Shown piece by piece: positions 15,724 through 23,359 of a stretch of 37,547 nt of DNA. Below the pieces are notes generated by a model. That model made no database searches, was not told the origin of the DNA, and worked only from the letters and a program-made list of their open reading frames with translations. Both the position numbers and the translations under genes were made by a program. Source of the DNA: an uncultured Anaerolineae bacterium (GTDB taxonomy: Bacteria; Chloroflexota; Anaerolineae; JAAYEA01); contig CAYPON010000002.1 of NCBI GenBank assembly GCA_964412315.1, positions 1-37,547 of the forward strand. The letters run 5' to 3'. Every line of letters begins with the position of its first letter. The stretch's first letter is position 1.

Positions 15724-15769
15724 CTCGCCGACCGATGTTACTTAAAGTCTGCGACTACAAGGGCCGCAC

Positions 15770-16825
15770 TTAGTAGAGACGGCCCCATGCGATGTCCCCA
15801 AGAGCAGCCGCGATCCCCAGCCCCGATACGAACAGATTGATGGGCAGGAAAAGGCAGGATTGGACAAAGAATCCCCAGCCGCGCAGCCTGCCAAGACAAG
15901 CCAGAAAAGACGTATTAAGCAACAGAATCAACGCACAACTGCCCGCGACGAGGCTTATGCCCCAGGCCGGCCAGATAAAAGATAGGAGAATCCCCACAAG
16001 CAATAGCCCCGACAGGGGCACGCTCACCGTAAAGAACCAGGGCACGGAGGCGTAGTGCTTTCGTCCCGTGCGTGTCAGCTCGTTGCGCAGCCGAATCTTG
16101 GCCAGAGCTTTCGCACGCCCGAAATCGGTGCGCAATAGCTCGCCCAGCGAATAGCGTTTCAAGTGCTGGACGGCCAACCTCCTGTCCAAAAGTATGCGAT
16201 GGCCCGCCGTCAACAGCCGCTGCCCGAAATCCATATCCTCGGTGACACTAGCGCCACGGTAGCCTTCGTCGAAGCCCCCTTCCCTCTCGAAGACGGGCTT
16301 TCGGATGGAGGCCGCGCTGGTATAGAACAGACCGACGTAGCGGGGCAGCCGGGCATAGGTGAAATGCATCCACAGATTCTTGAACTGGCTGGCGAAATCC
16401 TCATAAGGTAACTCTGCGCTCAGCAGCCCGACGACCCCCGCTATATTGGGGTCGGCGAAATCTTCGACCAGGATGCTCAGAGCCTGGGGCGGGATCAACA
16501 CGTCCGCGTCGGTGAAAAAGAGGATGTCTCCCCCGGCTTCTGCCGCTCCGCGATTCTTCGCTCGCGCGGCGCCGACATTCTCCGACAAGCGTACAAGCCG
16601 GCATGGATAGCGGCGGGCGATCTCCACCGAGCGGTCGGTGGAGGCATCGTCCACGACGACGACCTCGTAGGGTGGATATTCGGAGCGATATATCGCCGCC
16701 AGGCATTGCTCCAGGGTGCGCTCGCCATTATGCACCGGGATCACGACAGATATTCTCAAAGGAGCCTGGGTTTCCGTTTCTTGTGGCAATAGACGACCGT
16801 CCACAGGGGCTGAACACTCCTGCAA
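15770..16825 (-). CDS. Glycosyltransferase family 2 with C-terminal transmembrane helices
   Basis: ISVVIPVHNGERTL, VVVVDDASTD, FTDADV (DxD), then 3-4 TM helices (VPWFFTVSVPLSGLLLVGILLSFIW, LVAGSCALILLLNTSFL, FFVQSCLFLPINLFVSGLGIAAAL). The start is uncertain. The track start is TTG 16825, only 7 nt from a TATAAT box. In-frame GTG (16804) and TTG codons further down are alternatives. Confidence 0.8.
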   Translation of the reverse strand: MQECSAPVDGRLLPQETETQAPLRISVVIPVHNGERTLEQCLAAIYRSEYPPYEVVVVDDASTDRSVEIARRYPCRLVRLSENVGAARAKNRGAAEAGGDILFFTDADVLIPPQALSILVEDFADPNIAGVVGLLSAELPYEDFASQFKNLWMHFTYARLPRYVGLFYTSAASIRKPVFEREGGFDEGYRGASVTEDMDFGQRLLTAGHRILLDRRLAVQHLKRYSLGELLRTDFGRAKALAKIRLRNELTRTGRKHYASVPWFFTVSVPLSGLLLVGILLSFIWPAWGISLVAGSCALILLLNTSFLACLGRLRGWGFFVQSCLFLPINLFVSGLGIAAALGDIAWGRLY

Positions 16826-16831
16826 CTATCC

Positions 16832-16847
16832 ATTATACTATATTATA
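16832..16847 (-). promoter_or_regulatory. Two overlapping-phase TATAAT boxes (candidate -10 elements) in an AT-rich gap
   Basis: The minus strand reads GGGTATAATATAGTATAATGGATAG (TATAAT at 16847..16842 and 16837..16832). The -35 matches are poor (best TTTCAT). The sequence is locally much more AT-rich than its flanks. Confidence 0.3.
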
Positions 16848-16860
16848 CCCGAAACATGAA

Positions 16861-16883
16861 ATCAGGATGAAAACCATCCTGAT
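16861..16883 (-). terminator. Candidate intrinsic terminator after the acyltransferase gene
   Basis: Minus strand: ATCAGGATG-GTTTT-CATCCTGAT (perfect 9-bp stem) followed by TTTCATGTTTC (T-rich). Confidence 0.4.
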
Positions 16884-16931
16884 CTCAGGTGACAATATGT
16901 TCATCTCAAGACCCGACGGGTCTCTAACTCT

Positions 16932-17630
16932 CTACCCGCGCTGGCCTCGCCGACGGATGACGCGAGCGGGCACACCCACGGCGATAGCATAGGGCGGGAT
17001 ATCTCTCGTAACTACCGCTCCGGCTCCAATGACGGCTCCCTGGCCGATGGTCACACCGTCCAAAACCACAGCGCCGACACCCAGCCACACATCGTCTTCC
17101 AGCACAATATCCCCCTTGCTATATATCTCCTGGGTGCGGATGGGGCGCGTCGCGTCCTCGAAGCCATGCTCATAGGGGCTGAGAGCACATTGCGGCGCCA
17201 ATTGGACGTGTGCACCGATGCGCAGGTCACGCAGGAACGCCTTTAGATTACAGTTCGCCTGAATATGGGTATCCTCTCCGATGATCACCTGCCCACCTGC
17301 GCCGACCTCGACGATGGTGCCGCGATGGATGTGTACCCGGTCTCCAATCTGTATCCCCTTGCCATCCTCGTGGCTGTAGATCGTCACGTAATCGTCCAGG
17401 AAGGCGTTCCGGCCAATAGACAGGTTGGCGCACTTGATCTGCGCGCGCGGCGAGATATACGGCTTTGCCGTCAGATTGGCCAGGATTTTCTTGTCCTTAT
17501 AAGGGCCAACCATCAGGCTCGCCAGCCAGGCGCAAAAACGCCCCAGGCCGTGCAAGCCGGAGTAGCTCATGAGAAACCGCAGAGCCGATTTCTTAATGCC
17601 CCATTGGAGCCTATGCCATTTTCCGCCCAT
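16932..17630 (-). CDS. Hexapeptide-repeat (left-handed beta-helix) acyl/acetyltransferase, WbbJ/WcaF-like
   Basis: Repeated [LIV]-G-x4 hexapeptides (IGDRVHIHRGTIVEVGAGGQVIIGEDTHI.., VWLGVGAVVLDGVTIGQGAVIGAGAVVTRDIPPYAIAVGVPARVI). Confidence 0.8.
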   Translation of the reverse strand: MGGKWHRLQWGIKKSALRFLMSYSGLHGLGRFCAWLASLMVGPYKDKKILANLTAKPYISPRAQIKCANLSIGRNAFLDDYVTIYSHEDGKGIQIGDRVHIHRGTIVEVGAGGQVIIGEDTHIQANCNLKAFLRDLRIGAHVQLAPQCALSPYEHGFEDATRPIRTQEIYSKGDIVLEDDVWLGVGAVVLDGVTIGQGAVIGAGAVVTRDIPPYAIAVGVPARVIRRRGQRG

Positions 17631-18596
17631 TTAGCCCTTCACATATCCATGATCTCGGAACCAACGCACCGCTTCCGTCAGCGCCCCCTCTAGAGGTGTT
17701 TGGGGCAATCCCAACTCGCGGATCGCCTTGCTTGGATCACAGGTCAAAGCCGCCGGCTGACGGCCTTGATCCTGCCTGGCCGCTTTCCGCGAGAGCCGCT
17801 GCCGCAACCTGGCCAGGGGGGAGGCCTGCACCTCAGGGAGAAGCTGGAGCCCCGAGGCCCGCGCCATGAGTGCGCAGAATCCCTCCAGCATGAGGTTGCC
17901 ACTGGCGTTGCCGAGGATGTAACGTTGCCCGACCTGTCCCCTGCGCGCGGCCAGAAGATGGCCTTGCGCCACATCCTGGACGGCAATGAAGTTGATCCCC
18001 CCTGGTGGGAAAGAGGGCTTCTTGCCGTTCAAATAGTCCACGATGCGCTGGCCGGTGCTGGTCGGCTTGATGTCGCATGGCCCGACCGGCGCACAGGGAT
18101 GGACAACGACCACCGGCAGGCCATACTTCACCATAGACAGGGCGACTGTCTCGCCCAAGTACTTCGATTTGACGTAATCACTGCACGTTTCCCAAAGGTT
18201 AAAAGGCGTGTCCTCCGTCGGAAGTTCATCGCCGGTGGGACGACCAATAGTGCCGATGGTGCTCGTATGCACCACACACTGCACGCCACTCTCCAGGGCG
18301 GCCATCATCACATTTTTCGTGCCTCGCACGTTGACCTGGAACATCGCCGGCCCGTCCTCCGCCCTCGTGCTGTAAAATGCCGCCACATGATACAACTCGT
18401 CACAGCCCTTCAGTAAGGCCAGGAGCCGCTCCTGATCCCGCAGGTCGCCGTAGACGATCTCCACGTCCAGGCCATCCAGGTTGTGTTTGTCGCTTCCCTC
18501 CCTCACGAGAACGCGCACCCGCGCTCCTTCGCGCAGCAAAGCGCGCACGGCGTGGGTGCCGACAAAGCCTGTCGCCCCTGTCACGACAGCGATCAC
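17631..18596 (-). CDS. NAD(P)-dependent sugar epimerase/reductase of the extended SDR family (HpnA / dihydroflavonol-reductase-like)
   Basis: Rossmann motif VVTGATGFVGTHAVRALL; YxxxK in DYVKSK; SDKHNLDGLDVEIVYGDLRD, DIKPTSTGQRIVD and GQRYILG resemble HpnA-type proteins. GTG start in a GTGA overlap with the upstream radical SAM stop. Confidence 0.85.
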   Translation of the reverse strand: MIAVVTGATGFVGTHAVRALLREGARVRVLVREGSDKHNLDGLDVEIVYGDLRDQERLLALLKGCDELYHVAAFYSTRAEDGPAMFQVNVRGTKNVMMAALESGVQCVVHTSTIGTIGRPTGDELPTEDTPFNLWETCSDYVKSKYLGETVALSMVKYGLPVVVVHPCAPVGPCDIKPTSTGQRIVDYLNGKKPSFPPGGINFIAVQDVAQGHLLAARRGQVGQRYILGNASGNLMLEGFCALMARASGLQLLPEVQASPLARLRQRLSRKAARQDQGRQPAALTCDPSKAIRELGLPQTPLEGALTEAVRWFRDHGYVKG

Positions 18597-19981
18597 TCCG
18601 CTTCACCCCCTATCCGTCGGCGCAGCCATCCTCGCGCTTCCTGCAACATCCCTCGCTTGGGACCACTTCCACTTTCAAGCCGCTTCTGAACTTGCAGGAA
18701 TACCTCAAGAGTGGCCTCATCAGGCGGGATTGCGGCTTTTATCTCCTCAGCGGAGAGGCGAATCCCCGGATATGCCTGGAAAAGCTTGATATTGAGCGCG
18801 GAGGGGCGTATTTTCTCCAACCAGTCCAGGGTTTCCTGCGCTGCGCTCTGCTCCTGGCCCGGCAGTCCAAGCATCACAAAGACGCGGCAGCGCAAGCCGA
18901 TGGCGAGGCAAATCCGCACCAGTGCGGCGACATGTTCTCGGTAAGCTGATGCTGCCTCCACTGTCTCTATTCTCCGTAGCTTGTGGAGCAACGGGCCAGA
19001 CGTAGTTTCCAGCCCGATCTTGATCCCTTCGCAGCCCGCCCGCTTCATTAACCGCAGCAGCGCCTCGTCGAAATGCTCAGGGCGCGACTCGCATTCCCAA
19101 CGGAGATGCAGCCTCGCGGCCAGGATTCCCTGGCAAAGGTCTACGACGCGCTCCCGATCCCAGGCGAAGACAGGGTCGCGGAACACGACCCGGCCGGGCC
19201 TGAATTCCTCGGCCAACCAAGCTAGCTCACCGACGATGCTCTCCGGCGACCGTGCCCGGAAACGGTTCCCTTGCGTCGCCACATAGGGACAATAGCGGCA
19301 ATAGTCGCCACACCCTCGGCTGCCCATCACGGTCAGAAAGCGATACCGCACGTAGGGCAAAAGGTCCCAGGCCGGATAGGGCAGGCTATCCAGCCCCTGG
19401 ATGTAGCCCTCCTCGTCGTAGCCGGGAACTCCCAGGCTTTGTGGGGAGAAAAAAGCCGGAGTTCGTAGTGGCGACTTTAGTCGTCCCCCCGTGTCAGAAG
19501 CGACTGAAGTCGCTACTACGAACCGGCAGGCGCTGAAAGAGCGCTCTGGCTCGCCCAAGAGTATACCATCCACGTTTGTCCGGCCAAGCTCCTTCTGGAC
19601 ATAGCGCGTCGCCGGGCCAAAGACGATAACGGAGCAGTGCGGGATTTCCGCCTTCAACGCTTGCAGAAACTCGATATCTCCCCTTAACGTATCGTAGGAC
19701 ACGAATACACCGATGACCGCCTCGCGGCCCTGCCGGATTGATGCTAACACGTCTTGGATGCTCCATCGCTGTGCTACGGCGTCCAGGGCACGAACCTGCC
19801 ATCCTTCCTGACGCAAGACAGCCCCAACATAGGCGATGGTCTGTGGCGGATAGTAAAAGCCTTGCGGCGAATGATCCAGATAACCGAGGCCCGCCGCGCC
19901 TTCGCGGTTAGCGGTGGCCCCTGCCGGGCTGGGCGGATTGATCAACACAGCGCTCTCTCTCGCCGACACGTTGACGTTCAC
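18593..19981 (-). CDS. B12-binding-domain-type radical SAM protein (class B architecture)
   Basis: 462 aa. The N-terminal flavodoxin-like domain (AVIGVFVSYDTL, SVIVFGP) is followed by the CX3CX2C motif GSRGCGDYCRYCPY and GIKIGLETTS. It carries an in-frame palindromic element (19456..19526) between the two domains. Confidence 0.8.
   Translation of the reverse strand: MNVNVSARESAVLINPPSPAGATANREGAAGLGYLDHSPQGFYYPPQTIAYVGAVLRQEGWQVRALDAVAQRWSIQDVLASIRQGREAVIGVFVSYDTLRGDIEFLQALKAEIPHCSVIVFGPATRYVQKELGRTNVDGILLGEPERSFSACRFVVATSVASDTGGRLKSPLRTPAFFSPQSLGVPGYDEEGYIQGLDSLPYPAWDLLPYVRYRFLTVMGSRGCGDYCRYCPYVATQGNRFRARSPESIVGELAWLAEEFRPGRVVFRDPVFAWDRERVVDLCQGILAARLHLRWECESRPEHFDEALLRLMKRAGCEGIKIGLETTSGPLLHKLRRIETVEAASAYREHVAALVRICLAIGLRCRVFVMLGLPGQEQSAAQETLDWLEKIRPSALNIKLFQAYPGIRLSAEEIKAAIPPDEATLEVFLQVQKRLESGSGPKRGMLQEARGWLRRRIGGEAE
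19456..19526. repeat. Palindromic repeat element (family B) inserted in frame in the radical SAM gene
   Basis: Arms are ccgg(ag)ttcgtagtggcgactttagtcg (19456..19483) and cgactgaagtcgctactacgaaccgg (19501..19526). They match at 24 of 26 paired positions; both exceptions are G.T on the plus strand, and there is a 2-nt bulge. The loop is 17 nt. Encoded peptide: RFVVATSVASDTGGRLKSPLRT. Confidence 0.7.
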
Positions 19982-19990
19982 CTCTCCTTA

Positions 19991-21745
19991 TTACCGCACA
20001 CGGTATACGAGCGTTTTGCCCTCGGACTGACCCCGTTCTCCTCTGTCTACATGCACCAACTCAAGCTCCGCAGGTGGGTTGGCCTCATCCAACAGCGGTG
20101 CGAGCATCGGGCGCAAGATCGTCCCTTCTCTCTGGCTGATCAGCAGATAGTCCACACGGTGGTAGCGGACATAATCCAAATAAGCCTTCAAATCGGCATG
20201 GGGAGAAGGCACCCACGCTCTCTCAGCGTAGACAGCCACGGCTACGTCGCGGCTCATGATCCTCGCCTGCGGCAGTGTGTGCTCTTTCAACCACAGCCCT
20301 GCCCGCTTGCAACTGAAATCGGTGCCCCTTTGTGCTGCGCGGGCTGTGACGGGCTGCATAAGGACAAAATATAGCAAAAGGCCAAACAAAGGCAAAACAC
20401 GCAAAGCCATTTCCCCCCCTCGCCAGGCGAAGGGCCGCTCGTCGCGCCAAACCTTCACCGTATCCCGCAGCCAAAGGCCGGCCTCATCCAGCCCCCTGGC
20501 AACCCAGAGCAGCAGTACAGGAAAGATTGGTGCAAAGAAACGCAATTCGATGTGCAGGGCCAGAAAAGCGAAAGGAGGAAGAATAGCGGCTAACAGAAAA
20601 AGCTCCTTCCTGGCTCGCGGCCGCGTCCAGGGACTTTTGCACCAGGCCAGGAATACCAGGCCCAGCAACCAGTATGGGAAGGCGGTCTTGGTGAAGAACA
20701 GGCTTTGCCAAGATCGCGCGTTCGCCAGGATGCGCTTGAGATACCCCGCTGGATCGGCGAGAACCTGGCTCAACATGCCGGGCTGGCGAAAACGCTGCGG
20801 GGAAAACCAGATGATGTGGTGGCCGCTATCGTCCAGGCTGGCGGTCGCGGCATCGTAGGCCGCCGGGTCCCGCTCGACCACCGCCTCACCCAGGGCGAAG
20901 GTCACGCCTACCTTGCCGCTGAAGGCCCATTGTCCGGTGTGCCGATGCAGGTAGAGGACGTAGGGCAGGACGCAGAGGGCAAAGATGGCAACGTAGACCA
21001 ACAGGCCGCGCCAACTCTCTTTTTGCCCCAGCCGGCCCTCTGCCGCGCGCCAGATCACGATCAGAGCCAGGAAGAGCACGAAATAGAGGATACCTTCCGG
21101 TCGAGTCAGATAGGCCAGAGCGAACATCAGGCTGGCCCAGGCATAGTAAACCCATCCACCCTGACTGGAGAATAGTCTAACGCTAAGGCGCAAAGGTGTA
21201 AAGGTAATAAAAGGAATCTTTGCGTCTTGGCGGCTTGGCGTTTTCTCTGTATCTATAGCCTGCCAGGCGGCGTAAAGGCCAGTGTAGACTAGCAGCAGAT
21301 ACAAAGGCTCGGACATGGTTCCCCAATAGAGGACGCTGACCGCCAACGCGGGAAAAGTCAGAAGCAAAGCGACAGCCATATAACCAACGCGACGGCCATA
21401 GACGCAGCGAGCGAGGCCGTAGTAAGGAAGCACTAGCAAAGCACTGCAAAGGATGTACCAGATATTGCTCGCCAGCTCCGCTTGGCGGGTGAGAGAGTAA
21501 GTCAGCCCTAACAAAAATGGCAGCAGCGGGGGGTAATGAACTTCTGGATAGCCAGCGGTGGTGAAGCCTCGCCCCGCCCACAGGTTCCGGCCCAACATCA
21601 AATAATCGGACTCATCCCATTTGACCACGCGCTCCAGTTCCGCCAGGCCGACTCGCGTCACAATAGCCAGGACAAGGAAAAGGAGCAGGAGCATCCGTTC
21701 CCAACGTGGGGCGGTGGAGTCATTCTGATCGCTGAAGGATATCAC
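19991..21745 (-). CDS. GT-C fold glycosyltransferase, ArnT/PMT_2 (family 39/83)-like
   Basis: 584 aa, polytopic. The first periplasmic loop motif VKWDESDYLMLGRNLWAGRGF...HYPPLLPFLLGL is typical of ArnT/PMT_2 enzymes. It has a C-terminal soluble domain and is a paralogue of 23360..25003. It carries the in-frame repeat at 21183..21245. Confidence 0.8.
   Translation of the reverse strand: MISFSDQNDSTAPRWERMLLLLFLVLAIVTRVGLAELERVVKWDESDYLMLGRNLWAGRGFTTAGYPEVHYPPLLPFLLGLTYSLTRQAELASNIWYILCSALLVLPYYGLARCVYGRRVGYMAVALLLTFPALAVSVLYWGTMSEPLYLLLVYTGLYAAWQAIDTEKTPSRQDAKIPFITFTPLRLSVRLFSSQGGWVYYAWASLMFALAYLTRPEGILYFVLFLALIVIWRAAEGRLGQKESWRGLLVYVAIFALCVLPYVLYLHRHTGQWAFSGKVGVTFALGEAVVERDPAAYDAATASLDDSGHHIIWFSPQRFRQPGMLSQVLADPAGYLKRILANARSWQSLFFTKTAFPYWLLGLVFLAWCKSPWTRPRARKELFLLAAILPPFAFLALHIELRFFAPIFPVLLLWVARGLDEAGLWLRDTVKVWRDERPFAWRGGEMALRVLPLFGLLLYFVLMQPVTARAAQRGTDFSCKRAGLWLKEHTLPQARIMSRDVAVAVYAERAWVPSPHADLKAYLDYVRYHRVDYLLISQREGTILRPMLAPLLDEANPPAELELVHVDRGERGQSEGKTLVYRVR
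21183..21245. repeat. Palindromic repeat element (family A, copy 2) inserted in frame in a GT-C gene
   Basis: The stem is ctaaggcgcaaag (21183..21195) with ctttgcgtcttgg (21218..21230). 11 of 13 positions are Watson-Crick; the other two are G.T on the plus strand. The loop is 22 nt, followed by cttggcgttttc (21234..21245). It shares both terminal motifs with 12628..12699. Confidence 0.7.
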
Positions 21746-21763
21746 CAGGCTGCTCCCTGCCGC

Positions 21764-23353
21764 TCAATCGCTTCCGTAAACCAGGATGTCGGCAGTCTCT
21801 ACCGGGCCTCGATAGTCCAGGATAACCTCCAGCAACCGGTATTTTGCATCCAAGGCTGTCTTGAGAGCGCGGATTTGGTCGAAGAAAGTATCCTTCGGAT
21901 AGGCCTCCAATGGCGCAATAAGCCAGATTTTCCCAGAAGGCCCTCGGGCGCGCGCAATATAGTCTAGCATGGCAGGGATCGCTTCGGCAGCGCGCCGCCG
22001 GCGCTCTGCCCATCCGGCCCAGTCCACCATTTCCACTCGCTGGGGGAGCCACGGAAAAGCTGCTTGTGGCTGTGGGCCACGGAAATAATAGCTGAACGTG
22101 GGAGCCAGATAGTCAGGGGCTACAATGATGACATCTTGTTCTCCAGCGTTTTTTCCGACGTGCTGAGCTATCTCCCGCAAGACAGAAATTGGCCCCTGGT
22201 AGAGCCTGGAATCTGCCCGCAACCAGAGGAATGATATTCCAGTAAGCACTGCCAGAACGAAGAGCCAATGATGTAGCGCAATGACACCCAAGGCTAGCAG
22301 GAGGCAGAGGACAGGAAAGACCACCATTGCCGCATAGGAAGGCAGCAAGCCCTGGCTACGGGCTAATAAAGGCCCCAGTATCATGGGCAGAGCCAAGCCG
22401 GCCACGACCAGATTGCGTGCGGGAGTAATAGGATAGGCGATGTCCAGAGATAGCACGTTCTCTGCCCGTTGGAGGCGGATAGCAAAAGCCCCCAGGGCCA
22501 ATAGAATCACCCACAGATAAGGATACCCTCGGGGCCAGGCCAGGGCGGTTAGCTCGTTGAACAGTCGCAAGACGGTGGCGATGATGGATTGTTGCGGTAA
22601 CCAGGGCCCGACAGCGGATTCCTGGACCTGGAGTTGGCCCCACAAGATAGGCAGGTACGGCGAGAAAAGCACGGCGATGCCGATCTCGGCCAGAATCCAG
22701 GCCCCATAACCGGATTTCGGGCGGCGCTCCCACAACAATTGGAACAGGGCGTAGCCACTCAAAGCGCCGACCCAGAGGATGCCCCAATAATGGGTGTACA
22801 TCGTAGCTGCGGCCAGGAGCGCGTAGGCCAACCAGGCACGTTTCTCCCCCTTTTCCAGGGCGCGATAGAGAAAGATGAGGGCCAATAAGCCCAGCATAGG
22901 CAGGAGAGTATACATGCGCGTCGTGCGGGAACAGGCCACATGTAGCGGCAAAACAGCCCCTATCCAGGCGGCAAGCAGCCCCACTTTGCGATCAAAAAGC
23001 TCTCGTCCTGCCACATAGATCAGCGGAACCGAGACGATGCCACACAGAGCGGAAAGGAGCCGAACACCAAACTCGCTGTATCCCGCCAAGCCAAGCCAAA
23101 AGTGCAGGAGATAGAAATAGAGGGGAGCGTGGGCCGAGCTAGATAATATTCGGCTGATCTCTACGGGAAAGCCTGCGCTGGCTATAAAGACGGTCTCAGC
23201 CTCATCTCGCCAGAGACCATAGGTGCCCAGATGGTAGAGGCGCAATCCTGCTCCTAGGAGCACGATGCCAAGCAAAAGGCCCAGATGTCGGAAATCTTCA
23301 CCAGACCGAAATCCAGAAGATCGAGTTTGCAGATTCTCCAAGTCTTTTACCAT
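21764..23353 (-). CDS. GT-C fold glycosyltransferase, PMT_2 (family 39)-like
   Basis: 529 aa, polytopic. LRLYHLGTYGLWRDEAETVFIA...HAPLYFYLLHFW is the PMT_2-type first-loop acidic motif. It has a C-terminal soluble domain. Confidence 0.8.
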   Translation of the reverse strand: MVKDLENLQTRSSGFRSGEDFRHLGLLLGIVLLGAGLRLYHLGTYGLWRDEAETVFIASAGFPVEISRILSSSAHAPLYFYLLHFWLGLAGYSEFGVRLLSALCGIVSVPLIYVAGRELFDRKVGLLAAWIGAVLPLHVACSRTTRMYTLLPMLGLLALIFLYRALEKGEKRAWLAYALLAAATMYTHYWGILWVGALSGYALFQLLWERRPKSGYGAWILAEIGIAVLFSPYLPILWGQLQVQESAVGPWLPQQSIIATVLRLFNELTALAWPRGYPYLWVILLALGAFAIRLQRAENVLSLDIAYPITPARNLVVAGLALPMILGPLLARSQGLLPSYAAMVVFPVLCLLLALGVIALHHWLFVLAVLTGISFLWLRADSRLYQGPISVLREIAQHVGKNAGEQDVIIVAPDYLAPTFSYYFRGPQPQAAFPWLPQRVEMVDWAGWAERRRRAAEAIPAMLDYIARARGPSGKIWLIAPLEAYPKDTFFDQIRALKTALDAKYRLLEVILDYRGPVETADILVYGSD

Positions 23354-23359
23354 TGCCTC

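Noticed and set aside
14476-15769. RiPP cluster idea: a SPASM radical SAM maturase with an upstream precursor peptide.
   Set aside because: The 124-nt upstream gap contains no ATG on the coding strand and is occupied by two hairpins. No protease, transporter or leader-binding (RRE) gene is adjacent.
16833-16904. 23-codon micro-ORF MNILSPEIRMVFILISCFGYNIV as a real gene.
   Set aside because: It has no convincing RBS, and it overlaps a terminator-like hairpin and the TATAAT boxes. It is mentioned in a finding but not annotated as a CDS.
14476-19981. Hopanoid side-chain (hpn) cluster hypothesis: an HpnA-like SDR, B12 radical SAM (HpnJ-like?), radical SAM (HpnH-like?) and membrane GT2 (HpnI-like?).
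   Set aside because: The 389-aa radical SAM protein does not resemble HpnH as I remember it; it has a different N-terminus and a SPASM-like Cys-rich C-terminus. No squalene-hopene cyclase, HpnG nucleosidase or HpnK is present, and the surrounding genes are all glycan-related. I kept it only as a caveat in the corresponding finding.
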